DNA of 63,000 nucleotides, counting the filler, from Perkinsus chesapeaki ATCC PRA-425 (lineage: Eukaryota; Protista; Perkinsozoa): NCBI GenBank assembly GCA_013115145.1. It is 4 parts of 4 records of this genome, joined end to end, with 100 filler letters (N's around TTAATTAATTAA, not from the genome) between each part and the next. Parts side by side here need not be neighbours in the genome. Positions count along the whole stretch, not along the records: positions 1 to 26,414 come from JAAPAO010000508.1; positions 26,515 to 40,073 come from JAAPAO010000780.1; 2 more parts are not named here. One strand, given 5' to 3'. This document shows positions 12,879 through 26,596 of this stretch, piece by piece. The first letter of the stretch is position 1. The number at the start of each line of letters is the position of its first letter. The notes beneath the pieces are model-generated. The model was not told the origin of the DNA. It was given only the letters and a program-made list of their open reading frames with translations, and made no database searches. The position numbers and the translations under genes were made by a program.

Positions 12879-15800
12879 ATTATTATGATAACTACTACCA
12901 ATCGATTCGAACGGTTTCGCATCATTCTTATCGAGAATCCTTCCGCTTGATTATCGAGTAATGTGACTAAGTCGCGGTTAATGACGACGCTACGCTGGTC
13001 TAGTTCCACATGAGTTTGCTTTGAGTTTGTCTGTGCGCACACTAGTAGCGGATAAGGCATTCGAAGGTGTCTCGGGGAGTATGAAAAGTAAACCTGTGAA
13101 CTTTGGAAGATTCACGAAACAGCAGCGCTTGAAGCACATTTTAGTGGCCACGAGTTGTTCTTTCGCATCGCTGTGGAGGCTAATGGCATATATATCTCAC
13201 GACACCCCGACCTTGCAGGTCACGTGTATTAATCCCCACTCATCACTGAGGGCGGTGCGCTGTAGGTAGATACTTCCTTCTCCCACAGCAGCGACGCGCC
13301 TAACGCGATTCATGGCGGAAAGTATGCAATGAGCGATCCTGAGGTACGGTGTGGTGAGCAAGAAAAGTTGAGATCTTATTAGAGCTCACCCATACCGTCA
13401 TACAAGCCACCACATGAGTATCTCGTTGTTAATTTCCGGAACGACAAAGACCTTCTTTGTGACGTAGTTCCTCAGCGATCGTGGTCTGTGTAGATCGGAA
13501 CTGTGTCAGAATTTTCAACCAGTATTTGAAACAATACGGGGATTCATACCAGCTGACATAAAATACAGAGTATCATTCACCACGATGCACTGCTTGAACA
13601 AGTGGGCTGCTGCCAACTGACAGCGGTGATTTGTTAGCTAACTCAGGCACGGCGACCCGGGCAAAGATTGGCCGATGTGTGATGCTCATTTTATACATCG
13701 ATATCCGTCGGTAAAGGTCTTTCATATCGACATGAAGCAGCACCGAACAGACGATTACACTCCGTGGGTGCACTAGAGTGTTGCTCACGGCGTTTACCTG
13801 GGGAGTCACTGATACTAAGAATCACTATAGCTTTTGCACTCGGGTCTTTAGCGGCGTCACGTCGCGGTATTCCGTTTTTTTTCAGTGTCCCTGGAGATCT
13901 CGAGGCTGCGCATCCGGCAAGAATCGCCAAATTCATCACCTCCTATATACGATGGCATGACCAGGAAGATCACCTGCGAGGCTTTCAGCCTCATTTGTCG
14001 CCGGCCAAGGTATCGCCCCTGGACGTTCACAGCAAGGCTCACGCAAACGCTCAAGAAGGCCACCTGCATGTACATAGATCCAGTTTCATGTGGGTCAACA
14101 TGTATTGTGTAAAGTAGTCCGCATAGCGCCTCGAGAAGGCTCGAGTTTAGCTTAACGTGAGTCGTACTCTTGGAGGATGCTGAATGCGGTGATACGAAGG
14201 AGTATAAAGCTCTACGAGCTGCGCGTTGACTACTGTTTACGGTCGTGAACTATTCATGAGACCATACAGTTAACACAACACTGAGAAGTACGGACCACAT
14301 GTGATCGCGAAGGGAACATCTTACGGTGCAAAGTGCAATCTATCTTTAGCTATCGTGGGATAAAAGAACTGCTTCGCAACTTGCTAGAAATAATGGCGAT
14401 ACCATATAGCAGCCGCGCTAAGAGTCATCTTGTGAAACATCTTCAGACCTACCCGATCGGCGGGATCTGCCACCACCGAGACAGCTCAGGATCTGCAGAG
14501 AAAAATGAGACGGAGCATGCCTGTTTCCTTACCTCCTGAGCTCGGAGGATGTCCCCGTCGTCGACATAGACTTGCTCGTTCCTGCATCCCCGCACAGTGG
14601 CAATAGCTCGTGCCACAGCGACCAGGTGATGTCTTTCAGATTGCTCGAGATCCTGACCCAGTCTCTCCAGTGACTTCGCTGTAGAAGATGCCAGTAGACA
14701 CCGTGTGGGACGTGCAGGTCGCCATGTACTGCACGATGAGGGACCTTCTCGGAGTTGGACATCTCCTCGACCCAACTCGAGCACGAAGTCGAAGTAGCTT
14801 AGGAGAGCCTTAAATCGATGAGATTATGAAAGCTACATGTGGCTAGGGGTTTTACCATTACCTGTAAATCGGGAGAGGGCTTGTTGAAGGCTTCAGACGA
14901 TATCCATCCCCAGACGGTGCAATCGCACGGAACGAACGATTTGGTGTTCGGAGACAGGAGCCTCTGCCTAACACGGCACGGTCCCAGAAACAATGACACA
15001 GAGGTAGCGCTACTTGAGCATAACGTCATGCATGAGGGCAACAATGTTACGAGTAGTGCTGCCGGTATCGAGGTCGAGAGTGACAGGTCGCGAGGCCCCA
15101 TGTGAGCACGCTCCACTTCTTATAAGAATATCAGCAACCGCAGTGGCTGTCAAGCTGCCGCTGAGCTCCCACGCAGCAGAGGTTCCGCAGGCACTGACAA
15201 AGACTGGAATTATAATTTACCATTGCAGATATTAACGGTTTTCTCAGTAACAAATCCACGAACCTAGGAGCTGAAAGACCCCGCTTGTGGAAATGGCTGA
15301 AAGGAGGCCCCCAACTATATCACTTGGCGTACTGTGGAGGCACTTGACGAGCTATACAGGATGGCCCAGCTGGCTCGAAGGGTACCCTCACCTGAGGACG
15401 GTCTCGAAATAGTCTTTCGGATGGATAGCTGTGTCCTTTGTGTATATCAGCAGACAATGGCAAGGTCGATTGGTAATCGGAGGGATGGACTGCAAGGTAT
15501 GCCTGTATGGAGCTTTGGTGCGGAGAAAACTTGATACCTGGTGGTGGCTCTTGAATAAGTCTTCTTTGAATGGACCTTCCGAGTCCGATGTCAACCAAGT
15601 ATCTAAAGTGCAGTATTAGATTGGCCTTCTGTTGATCTACCAGCACCATCGTGCTCGTCATCGACCAACGAGGTGCTGCTAAGTGTAACAGGAACGTCTA
15701 TGAGGCTGGCTATGAGTACTGCAGCGGTCTCTGTGCTTGTACCTAGAGCACAGCTGCATTCGGCGCTGCTACTAACCCCCACCTGCTGGCATTCTCTCAA

Positions 15801-17960
15801 GTAGTGCCCCTAATGGGTCACCACCAACCCTTGGCTCGGGTAAGCGCATGAGACTCTTAGGTGCCAATGACGGTACGGATAGGCAGATGAACTGGGGCGG
15901 GCTCCAATCAGAGCTGTCACGCCGCATGTTGCGTTGCTGTCGGATCGACGGCATCTCCACCACGATCGCGTCCAACCCAGTGCCCTAATAGTCTCAGACC
16001 AGACAGAGGGGAATGCGCGGAGACTCCTACTTCGGCGAGGAGCCCTCGATGCTTCGTTTGGCGTAGGATCTCTCCATTGAATGTGATGAAGGCTGTGAAC
16101 GCTGTACCGTCGGCTCGCAAGAGGAACTCGAACTGGCAACGACTTTGAGATTCGGCAAACTATCCGTGATGTTACTGTTTGCCGACATTCCAGCAGTTCT
16201 TGTATAATTGGTATTCGCTTCTTACACGTTGGACACACCAGGTGGGAGTTCACCTGCGTAGGCTCTACACAGGCTGTAGACTCTGCAGGCAGTAAAGTGC
16301 TGACGTTTATCTATATTATAGAGGAACGTTAACACATTACTGAATGCAGCACTCGATATTTATGGATTAAATCAATGGGTAATGAAGAGTCCGTCTAGCT
16401 TACAGATTCTTGAAGTCGATGAACCAACAATGAGCGAGCTGCCGGCCTCGGAAATCAGTGGCGGCTCTTACCGCTTGCTCGGAGCGTAGCGTAGGGAACG
16501 CTTGTGAGTGCGCTATTCGTTCTTGACCTCCGCAGCATGCTCGGCCCGTTGTACACCATGCATAGAAGAACTCGTCGGTTGTTGGTCGAACAAGTATGCA
16601 ACGGGCAAACCTTCTTGGTAGAGGACACAGTCTGAGCGTAAAGTACGGAGCGTGAGGGGCCGGTTTCTCGGGCCTACCCTTTAACGGGCAGGTTGAGGCC
16701 GTTCCGAGGAGCTAGAGTGAAATTGATAAGATGATGAACTACTTTAATTCTCCCGTGTAATAAGAGCTCTTGGAGCACGAATCCGAAACAAAGTCTCAGG
16801 AAAGTGACCTGGAAGCACAAATGATAACGCAGGAGACTGATCAGTTTGGCTTGGTAATCACTAAAGCGATCCTCGGCAGGAACTGTGCGATCGTCACAGC
16901 GTCAGAAATTCCCGTGAATTTCATAACGCTGTGACGGTATTTCGTCTTCCTTTGTCTATTGGCGCCAGGATGGTGCCACGATGGCTTTCCAGGGTTACCG
17001 TCGGTCCCCAGCCGTTGCTGAGGATATTCCTGCCCATCACAGAGCACGTTAAGAGATCTTGCATGTCAACCTCGAGGACAACTTTCAAGGGGTAGGGGTC
17101 AGATTCCATCTCGAAACTCTGGCGCAGTGACGATGTCAAACCTGACAAGTCTCGTGGCTCTTGTAGCGGATTGCATACCGTTCTTCTCGATGATCCGTAG
17201 CATCATAAGAGCACTGCAAGCTTCGGTCGGTGTGATTCCGCATTGCCCGCTTGGTGCCGGCGGTAGTTGGCCCGTTGCCCTGTATCGACTAACCTACCTC
17301 GAAGGGCTTGCATCGGAGTTTACCTTTCAGCGTCCTGAGTGAGTTCCTCCGTACAACCATTGGCCCCTCCGGTGATCTCCGTATCATCTGAACCGGGGAT
17401 ATAATGGTCGTTACTGGTTACCGAGGAGCTCACTCTCGGGTGCATTCTGAATTGACGAGCTCGCAATAACAGGCGGGTCGCGGCTCACAAGGGGTTTGGG
17501 ACATCCTTTTGTGCTAGCTGACTGAGGCCTCCTATTCAGGGAACTTTGCAAGATCCTCAAGAGGCTTGGCTCACGTACTCGGGTTTATGTGCCGATTTCT
17601 CGTCCTCAGTAAACCGCGCTGGCAAGGGTGGTTCTGGTCGCGGCTGGACGGTTGTTTCTGAATACATCGCTACACATGCCAAGAGCAGTATCTATGTCAC
17701 CTGAATACTCGCGGGGCAAACTGTCAATGGAGAAGGGCAACTCCTGCGAAAGTTGATCTGCGCAGGGTTGGGTCAAGGTCGGTGTGCATCGGAGCTCCAG
17801 ACCATCGAGGCTTCCCAGTGAGGCGGTAGATAGGAATTGAGTGGTTCCTCTAATAACAGCATCCCTTTTTATCGTAGCAATTAGGCTTGCATTTGGACTG
17901 TACACTCCGGGGAGCAAGCCGTCGAGTGTGTCGGAGGAAATGTGCACTATATGACCCACT
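12866..17960 (-). CDS. one or more multi-exon hypothetical genes
   Basis: Many minus-strand exon-like frames bounded by AG/GT (e.g. GTGLDAIVVEMPSIRQQRNMRRD, KQRLLSPNTKSFVPCDCTVWGW, EQLVATKMCFKRCCFVNLPKFT); gene number and limits not resolved. Confidence 0.4.
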
Positions 17961-18685
17961 GTGGGTTACTCACACAATTCCTGTCTATCGCACAATTGTT
18001 GTACCACGCTATTACTAGCTATCTTTACTTGTGGTATTCTACTCATTACTCACTCTGTTTACTGCTCTATCTCCCTTCGGATATACCTTATCCTTGTGAT
18101 GTTTATAACACTGCAAATGGCGAGAACTGCAGGGGAAAAGTCCCTCACATATGCTTCGATGATTGGCCTCCTCCGCAGTCTTCTCTTGCAGCTACTAATC
18201 TTTGCATACCATCCCCTTTTCCGCCAGACCGCTGCGTATCCGTTGTGGCAGCAGGGCTGCTTCCGACCCGCGGATCTTCATCGCTAGCCGGAACGTCCGT
18301 AGACAACGATGATGGCGGCTTTCTGCTTGGTAAGGTTAGCTCACTGATAAAAACTAGAGGACTTGTGGAAGGAAGAGCACCTCAGCTGCGTGGAGCTCCT
18401 AAGCCGTTTGCTCGGTGTAGGAATGCCTTTGGCAATACTTAGCATTGCACCTCTTCTACGGCGCTTCACACCAACGGTGATTTGTGACATCTCGGAATAA
18501 TGACGCAGCCAACTGGGGCGTGAGTGAAATCTGACTCGTGTCTAACAATACATAATCATCTTGCCTACTGTATGAAAAATAAAGTCAATTGTTACCGAAT
18601 GATAACGAAGTCACTATTAATATGATATTAACCAACTCAAACATCTACCGTGTGAAAAAGGATTCGAAAAAACGAGGCTGAGCTG

Positions 18686-20287
18686 TTACAACTCATCGGC
18701 ATGATTATTTCCATCCGCTTCGCTCCCTACTGACGGGGGAGTGGACCCTGGCCATGTCTTAGGGATGTAGGGGAATTCTGTGTCAATTTGACGTAAGGTG
18801 GGTGAAGCTCCCTTTTCGGCAGATGCTCGATGAACCTGCACCGCACCTCGAGATAGCCGAGTAGCTTCAGTCCTACAAGGTCTCCCAGTTTGGCACGGCA
18901 CTTGCTCCAAGTAATATCATTGCATTCACCGCCCTGAACCTTGCCTCCGAATGCATGCTGAACGCCAGCGCAGTTGCTGAGGACCCCGAAGACCTCCAAG
19001 GTTTGCAGTAGTGGGGAGCTCTCTGAGATGCTTTCTGAGGACGTAGGATGCAGCAAGCCTTCAAGCGAAACGAATCTTTACTTAAGAACGCCTTCTTAGC
19101 TTCCGGCGTCAAGTTCGGCTGAACCTCGATTTCTTCCTCATCGAGACAGAATATCTTGGAGTAGACGCTGGTCAAAATAGAGAATAGTAATCCGCACTGA
19201 GAGCCACACCGCAGCTCACTTGGCCTCTGGGTCGAACACCCGTCTGTGGATGAGACCTGCCAGAGCCTCAGCATTCTCGTTATTGACATAGGATTCTCGA
19301 ATTGATATCGAGTCCGTTGTAGAGAGGGCTACACTCCACGACTGAAGATATCCCGGGGAGCACGCCAAGCCGCACGATCGCCTACTCCTTTCGGAACGAA
19401 TACAACGTCACCGGGATTCTGCTGGCACTCCCTGTAGTTGCGAAGGCCGAACTCCTCGCGAAGTTCAATAAACTTTTCCTACAATGAGCGCTTGAAATAG
19501 CGTCAAGAATGGAGCCAACCTCGAAAAACATGAAGGCACTTGTCGGCTCGAGAGCCTCTTTAGCGGTTTCAGATACTCGTAAGAGTTCGGAGTGCGGGAT
19601 GATAACCCACCGACGGCTGAAGAGAGGAATCTTTCGGCGAGTAATGTGGCGGAACACCTCCCATGCAAGAGAGAGTCCACCATAGCCTCTCCCGTCGGGG
19701 TGCGTTTGAGGTCCCCACCGCTGCCCGACGGTCCCACCACTAGCTTTCTATGTGAACTGGTAAAAGCATTGAAGAGGTGATCGCGCTGAGAGAAATCCAA
19801 CTTGCTCAAGATGGGTGAGGAGTGGCTTGCCTTGTTCATATCGTCCCCAGAGGCAGCCTCTATGACGGAGGTGATGTCGTCCCACGCGGCTTCTATAAGG
19901 TGTTCTCGCCAGGACATCAAACGGGCCCACGAGTTAGGCTGCAAGTCGCAGTATGATCTCAGGATTGGACTGGGGACGTACTTTGAGCAGTAATTCTCCC
20001 ATACGATCGTAACGAGTATTGAAGTCGAGCGAGGCATCAGTCGGCAACCATGATTTGACGGGGAGCTCGACTTCGCAGTTTTCGGTCTCCGAACCTGGCA
20101 ACTGAGAAGAAACAGAAATGCGGAAGGACCGCAGAACGGTGTTTTGCACCTTGTTAAAGAAGCACTTGCTGAGATAACCCGAAAACGTGATCTCCTTCTT
20201 GGGCACACCCACCCCCATCGCGGCCATCTGCTTATCTTGCGGAGTCAAAAAATTAACCATTACTTTCTGAAACTCCTTGCCAGACAT
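18686..20287 (-). CDS. multi-exon hypothetical protein
   Basis: ATG at 20287 (MSGKEFQKV...) followed by overlapping long minus frames 20287-19934, 20208-19465, 19657-19382 and 19289-18873, consistent with exons split by short introns. Confidence 0.5.
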
Positions 20288-21029
20288 CGACCTGAAAAGA
20301 TTGGCAAGTCCGCAGGACTCCGATAGCCTAGGGAGTATCTATACTGTGCAAATGGGGCTTTGATTCTATAGGCATCTTCATTATTGCCATTAGCACACAA
20401 AGGGAGGGGGTGCGGCATGAAGGACGCAATACCATCTCAAGGCATATCCACTGTACGTAATTACTAATAACTAATTAGTGACCCTTTTGTACACAGTGTC
20501 CTCTAGGCGATGATCCCCAGGAAAACCAAAAACCCGACATGGACGATCACAGTGGGTGCTGTCTCGTGATATGCATCACATTAGACGAAGAAAACAAGTG
20601 TTGTCTGCCCTCTGAGTGAACAGTGGTATTAATCGTAATCCACTCCAGCACGTTCACCACAAAGCGATAAACGTCGATAAACTCACTCAGCAGTCCATCG
20701 GCGAAGATCATCCGAGTTCATGCAGCAGCCTGTGCCGTTGGTGACAATAAAAGGCATCTTCAAGTCGCCCGCAGCGACCGCCGCCCTCTCAAGCTGACTT
20801 ACCGTTAGTTTCTTCATTGTACCTAGAAGCCTAGCGGGTGACTGATTAGCAACATGCTGGTATCAAATAAGTCGCAACCACTATAGTAAAAATGAAGCAT
20901 AAAACATAGGCACTAGAATTGTGTAGAGTGATTCATAGGCCCATCACGTACTGCATTAGGGGATCGAGAAAATGGGGAAAATAAGATGCAAGAGAGAAGA
21001 TCAAGTTGCTTGAGAATCCAGTTCCATCA

Positions 21030-22187
21030 CCGGAGGGTCGTCGAGTAAGGTTGAGCTTGAAAGTCCTTACATCGTTTGCTCCGCAATTTCTTCATCTCAG
21101 CGACTTTCCTTTTGCCTTCTGTAAAACTTCGCGGGACCTTACGCGCTTCCTCCGCGGCTTTGATGGCCAAGTGCTGCAGCTGAACATGCGTCTTGTTCAA
21201 CTGTGATACCAGGTCAGATACCTACATATTCTCACCCACGGTAGCCTGTGGGTGCCTTACGAATTTGTCCAAGTTGGACGAAGGTTTGCTGCCTGCCACC
21301 CACTCTTTCAATTTCGTTGCTTCGGCGAGGAGGGAAGCGGTATCATCGCCCCGTGAAATAGTGTATTTGACATGGACATGAGTTTGCTGTGCTTGCTGGG
21401 CATCACAAAAATGGAGCAGGATTGTTATCCATGATAAAAATGTGGCGGTAGTTGAGGACATTACAAGAAAAAAGCTCAACTAACAGCCCGACGAATATCG
21501 TAGGCCACCTCAGGTTGATCTATGAAATTTGCTCTTAATTGGCGAGAGCCTGTAGTTGATCAAGAAAGAGTGTGGTATTTAGAATAGCCTGTAGAAAAGC
21601 CAGGTCCGGAGCATTCCGGGAAGGGATCGTCTGTGAAAAGTAGCCAGTGGTGTCCACTGTGTTGTAGTCCCAGTGAAAAGACAGTACTTCCGGCGATAAT
21701 GGCACACTATCGGAGACCTCCCCCATCTGATCGGCCGAGAGAGTCGAATAGGCCTAGGCAAGGCCGAAGCCTAAAAACGCAGCAGTTCATGCGACTCGAC
21801 TTCAGGCCAAATGCGCACCCCGGGAATGAGCGGATGGTCCATAAGAACGTGTTGCCCCATAATACGTACAACGACGTAAGAGACTACAACATCTGTGAGA
21901 TGGCGATGCTCCCGCAAGCGCGTCGCGAAACCAAGAGGAGACACTGGCGAATCGAAACCTCGCGGCCCCGCCAAGAATGCTGTGAGCTGATTACTGAAAC
22001 TCCTGGCTATTAGGATAGCCGTACTTCGTGCCGAACCGCGTGACGTGTGACGCGTAACCGACCGTGTGAAGGCGCCCGGCGAAGGAGAGGCTCCTTCCGG
22101 CGGAAAACCACCAGAAGTCCTAGTCCAGAACCCGTATTGAGACAGGGAGCACAAGGCACTTTTATCAGTAATACTGATGAATCTCAT
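21030..22187 (-). CDS. multi-exon hypothetical protein
   Basis: Exon-like frames 22187-21771, 21726-21535 and 21479-21222 plus a basic C-terminal exon (QHLAIKAAEEARKV...); 3' end approximate. Confidence 0.45.
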
Positions 22188-22299
22188 AGCTCGGTAGCGC
22201 CCACTCGTTCTTGAGAAGTGGATGAGGTTGGAGGAGACTTTAACATTATTGAAAATTCCTCTTTACTGTAATAATTCAACGGGTCCCAAATAAGGTTTG

Positions 22300-25104
22300 G
22301 GAAATTGGTAGGAGCGTGGGTCTGAGAGAAATACAACCAGTACGCGGACGGCAATCATCCGGCAGGGGATGATGCACGCTTGAGGGACGCATTTCTGAGA
22401 GGCTAGAGGAATCGTTGGTGGTAATCCACCCAACTCACCCCAGTGATCTTAACCACAGCTCTGGTTTCCTCGAACTCTTCCGAGCAAGGCACAGTTGTCC
22501 GAGTGGCGACTAGTTCAGGGTCATCCTCGAGAAGTCGCCGAATCTCATATATTGCACCTTGCCCGAATTCCTTCCCCCTGACAACAACAAGTCTGCTGCC
22601 ACGGATTAGTAGTAAAGAGAAGCTCACAGGCGGATCATGTCCGCTCTTGCCCTTTCTCTGTCGCTCTCAGCAGCGTAAGCCACCATCAAACCATCTTCCC
22701 TCCAACTACTATCGAAACCGAATGAATGTAGAGCCATTGCTGGTTTTGGCGAAGACAACTAAGTCAACACGGGCACGCCGCTATGGAGCACTTTGCGCAT
22801 TTGATCAACTATGTACTTTTTGGACCTCTCTCCGGAGTTGTCTGAGCATTTTGAAGTTGGTCTTATTGGTCGGCAAGTTCTTGCTCAATGCGGCCGGATT
22901 GAATGCTGTGATCTCGAATACCACCGGATGAGGCAAGTGCAGGGTTCCCAGTGGCGTCTGAAAACTCACTGCTGGAACATCTGCATGAATCCGACATGTT
23001 GGTGAGGGAGGAAAATATGGAAGAAATTTCACGAAGGCTGATAGATTCTGTTATCTCCCGACAAAGAGGAAATTTTTATAACGACTCTAGGAGAAAAAAA
23101 CCGAGATTTATATAGAACGATTTCCTGACAGGATGACCAACAAGTAGGCCAATACTGACGCTGCTAGAGCACGAACGGGGCTATACCTTCTCAGAGTCCT
23201 GTGCAAGCGGTCGGATGTACTGCACGGGCCCGCCGGGTCTGTAGTCGCCGAAATCCCACGCGGCGTAGGCATCAGCCCAGATCTCTCCTAGGATTCGGTC
23301 ATCAGAAGGAAAGCGTTTGCTTGTCTGAAAGGAGTCCACTATCCTACTTTTCTGAGATCGACGTGTTATTCACCTCCTGCTGTTGTGCGCGAGATGTCAC
23401 CATTGTTAAGATGGAATAAGGTAATAGAAAATAGCTGGAATGGAGTCGTAGTGCACGAGCAGGTGAAAACATGAGAGAATCCTCCTGCTTAGCTGGAAAG
23501 AGTTTCACATTGTATGCTCACACTTACGTCCAAGAACCTACGCCCTTCCCGAGAAAGATCCATATGGCCAAGCCTACTTCGCTATTCGAGTATTATTGCA
23601 CACTGCACAAGCTAGAACAGGGTCAAGCTGCAGGTCATCATGGCCCGGTGTTAACCATCAGGGAACTCGAGGAACCAAAGTGAGGCAAGAATCTGAGAAT
23701 CTAACCTTAAGTTAGTACATTAACAGCAGTACTAGCGTCAAGGTGAGCTAAGGATGCCGGGTGCGCACCGCACCCGAAAGACTAATGCCCGAGCACACAA
23801 TTCCACCACAGCGCACAATGACGCTAGTGGAAGCGGCACCCAACAGCATAATAGTGTGCTACGTCGCCATTGGTTAACCATTTTTTTCTTTCCTGTGATG
23901 GGGAGGTGTTGGCAGCCGCTACTGAGTATGTCTTCCCACGAGCTGAACATGATTTGAGTTACTTACTTAGTAAGTAAACTAGTCTAGTTAACGGGATCGG
24001 GTATTAGTCTCCATTGTTGTGCAACTCACACAACAACACCCGGTCATATACCTCGTTGCGGAATAGGAGTCCCGAAGCGTGCCGAATTCACGCACATGAT
24101 TCCGCCTACTGATAATTTATCAGTGATAACTGTGCTACTGTAATAACGCTGGACAACGTAGTCGCTGGACAAAGGAGTGACAGCACCGAGATCCCGGGCG
24201 CTGCTGCGCAGAGACCTCCAAGTTGGAGGCTCCAACACAAGTACGGAAAAAATGGTCAAAGTTACACTAACAAATATGGCAACTGAGCGGCTAGCATAAT
24301 GCTCGGAGCATCAATCACAACACTTTATTCTAGCTTCATTCTTATGACTGGAGCTCTAAGCAGCGTTGATGACGCACACAAAGTATACATAGTATATGGA
24401 GATCAATAACTAGTAATCAATCGAGGGCCTCGATTCGAGGCGCCTTTGCCATCCACAATTTTTACACAGTCCGTTCAGCATAAAGCCAGTACGGCGTTGC
24501 CGGGCATGTGTTTCCCGACGAGTCCTTCCTCCATCTCCCCATGCCGCATGGGGGAGATGGAGTAAGAATTCGTCATGGCCGCATGGGCCATGCGGCATGG
24601 GCATGGGCGATGCCCTAAATATAGCCTCCTCCAGCTGCCTTGCAGTTGTAAGAGAATACCATCTATTCAAAACTTAGCACGCTGGTGGACCATCATGAAC
24701 AGTTTGTTCAGATATTTCTCATTGGGTCAACCCGGACTCTCTATTAAGGTTGAGCTTTACGTTAAAACACGTTGAACGTGTCAAGTTGTTCGACGGACAA
24801 ATCAAGGAGAATATGAACTGAATATAAAGGATATCCGATAAATTTTATGCCCTCGGTCTGTGCCATGGACTCTGTAGCCAAGTCACAGTGCATTCGTTGT
24901 TGAAGGTCGCTGATGGCGGGTTCACAATTTGCTCGACACTAAAGCAGGAAAACGAACGGTTATACTCATAAGCTGCTGTGACTCAAACACGTAAGGTTGT
25001 GCTAGCATAACGCGACCAACGCCCCAGTGCAATGCTTTTCTTACTTTAAACTCAACACTACGTTCCGCGTATGGCAGGGATATAAGATGACTACAAGTGT
25101 GCAA
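22300..25104 (-). CDS. one or more multi-exon hypothetical genes
   Basis: Exon-like segments such as ILGEIWADAYAAWDFGDYRPGGPVQYIRP, FGQGAIYEIRRLLEDDPELVATR and LTTARQLEEAIFRASP with flanking splice signals; limits unresolved. Confidence 0.35.
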
Positions 25105-25284
25105 ATGGTATTACAGTGTCGACTTAGAAGAACCTCCCAAGCTTACTAGCTTTACTTCACACATGCAGAACCACATCGCCAAGCTGCAAACTGACCACAG
25201 GCAATCAATCCATTATGTAGCATGCCTACTAGACAGAAAATTCATCCTCGAGGCTGACGACCAGCACTATGGTGACCGAGAGGT

Positions 25285-26373
25285 CTAGATCCACTTCTGC
25301 TTTCTGTAGAGGAAGAAAATGAGACTTGTAATGGTGAGCAAAAGCAACCAAAAATAAAGATACCCGTGCTTCCACATCAATTCGGGCATACCAGGGTCAC
25401 CCGTAACAGGGTTCTGGAAGTTCATACCGTAAACGCCCGTGAGAAACTGTCCGGGAACGAAGGTCGTTGTAACCAGCGTGAGAACGTACAAAATGTTACT
25501 GGTCTTCGACTCACAATACTGCCTGTATTGCTCAAGCATCATCTTGGAGTTCTCTCTTAGGGCCAATGATTCCTCCAGAAAACGATGGGTATTACTGCGA
25601 ATATCAGAAGTATACATCTGTGAGTCAGGACTCCAGTGCCTATAGCTCACTGCCGTCTCAAGGACGTCCAAGACGGGCCTCACCATCCGGTAGAGTTGAC
25701 CGAGCTGCCGAACTATCTTACGTAAGCGCTTAACATCCTTTTGATAGAATTTATCCATTTCTCTGTCCAACCTTCTCTGCAATACCGATAAAGATGCATC
25801 ATAAGCTTGACCAACGAGTATGTAATCTTCTGTTATATCACATAAAATCTTAAACAGCAAAGTATGTGTATCACCAGTTCTTACATTACTATAAGATGTC
25901 TTTAAATTACCCAAAGCATTACGGAAAATGCTCATATCATAAGACATAGTCTCCCAATCAGTAAGCGTATGCGTTAGAGTACGAAACCTAGTCCACGTTT
26001 GAGAGTCAGCCGTCGATTCTCCTTTCTCGCTGTCCAGAGTGTTCTGCGGGCGTAACCGCTTACTCCACCAATGCTTTTTCATCTTGCCACTATTCCCCTT
26101 AGAATCATCATCATCTCTATCAGTTCCTGTTTTACATAAAGTAACCCATTCACTAGAAAAGCTTATCAGCGTTCCACCTTCTGCTTTACCAGTTACAAAC
26201 ATAGCCAAGTTACATTGTTCAACTTCGACTTTAACAATCGGCGGCTCAACAGTTTTATCAACCTTTGGCAAATCCTTTCGTAACTTCTGCCTTCTCCAAG
26301 ACTGCCATGGCCGCAAAGTATTCCTACTAGTTTGAGTTAATCGTAATACTGGTATTATAATAATAGACCACAA
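25285..26373 (-). CDS. corA: CorA/ZntB-family Mg2+ transporter, probably 5'-partial because the contig ends upstream
   Basis: C-terminal TM1 ...TTFVPGQFLTGVYGMNF (GMN signature), MPEL loop (MPELMWKHGY) and TM2, preceded by a long helical stalk region. Confidence 0.9.
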   Translation of the reverse strand: MWSIIIIPVLRLTQTSRNTLRPWQSWRRQKLRKDLPKVDKTVEPPIVKVEVEQCNLAMFVTGKAEGGTLISFSSEWVTLCKTGTDRDDDDSKGNSGKMKKHWWSKRLRPQNTLDSEKGESTADSQTWTRFRTLTHTLTDWETMSYDMSIFRNALGNLKTSYSNVRTGDTHTLLFKILCDITEDYILVGQAYDASLSVLQRRLDREMDKFYQKDVKRLRKIVRQLGQLYRMVRPVLDVLETAVSYRHWSPDSQMYTSDIRSNTHRFLEESLALRENSKMMLEQYRQYCESKTSNILYVLTLVTTTFVPGQFLTGVYGMNFQNPVTGDPGMPELMWKHGYLYFWLLLLTITSLIFFLYRKQKWI

Positions 26374-26414
26374 TGGTGGATTCTTTCGAGTGATTCTACC
26401 TTCGCCTAATCCTG

Positions 26415-26514
26415 NNNNNNNNNNNNNNNNNNNNNNNNNNNNNNNNNNNNNNNNNNNNTTAATTAATTAANNNNNNNNNNNNNNNNNNNNNNNNNNNNNN
26501 NNNNNNNNNNNNNN
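26415..26514. other. artificial assembly spacer
   Basis: 44 N + TTAATTAATTAA (stops in all six frames) + 44 N; identical at three positions. Confidence 0.97.
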
Positions 26515-26596
26515 AAGTATGCCGTGGTAGGCACGGCTAGGACTAGTCCAGATAGTTTATTAGGAAAGAGTTGGTGTCGACAATATACAGTAGACC

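Noticed and set aside
14990-15090. Minus-strand LDLDTGS resembling an aspartyl protease active site
   Set aside because: Isolated motif with no second DTG, hydrophobic-Gly motif or signal peptide in the surrounding exons.
17942-18442. 166-aa Leu/Tyr/His-rich plus-strand ORF and the overlapping 108-aa ORF
   Set aside because: Composition reflects CT/AT-rich sequence that is probably intronic or antisense to minus-strand exons; no domain or splice support.
24537-24610. CCATGC(C/G)GCATGG inverted repeats
   Set aside because: Short, GC-rich and apparently inside an exon encoding Pro/Met/His-rich sequence; explained by codon content.
26459-26470. TTAATTAATTAA palindrome recurring three times between N runs
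   Set aside because: Identical 44N-12-44N layout at each gap; this is a synthetic six-frame-stop contig linker, not biology.
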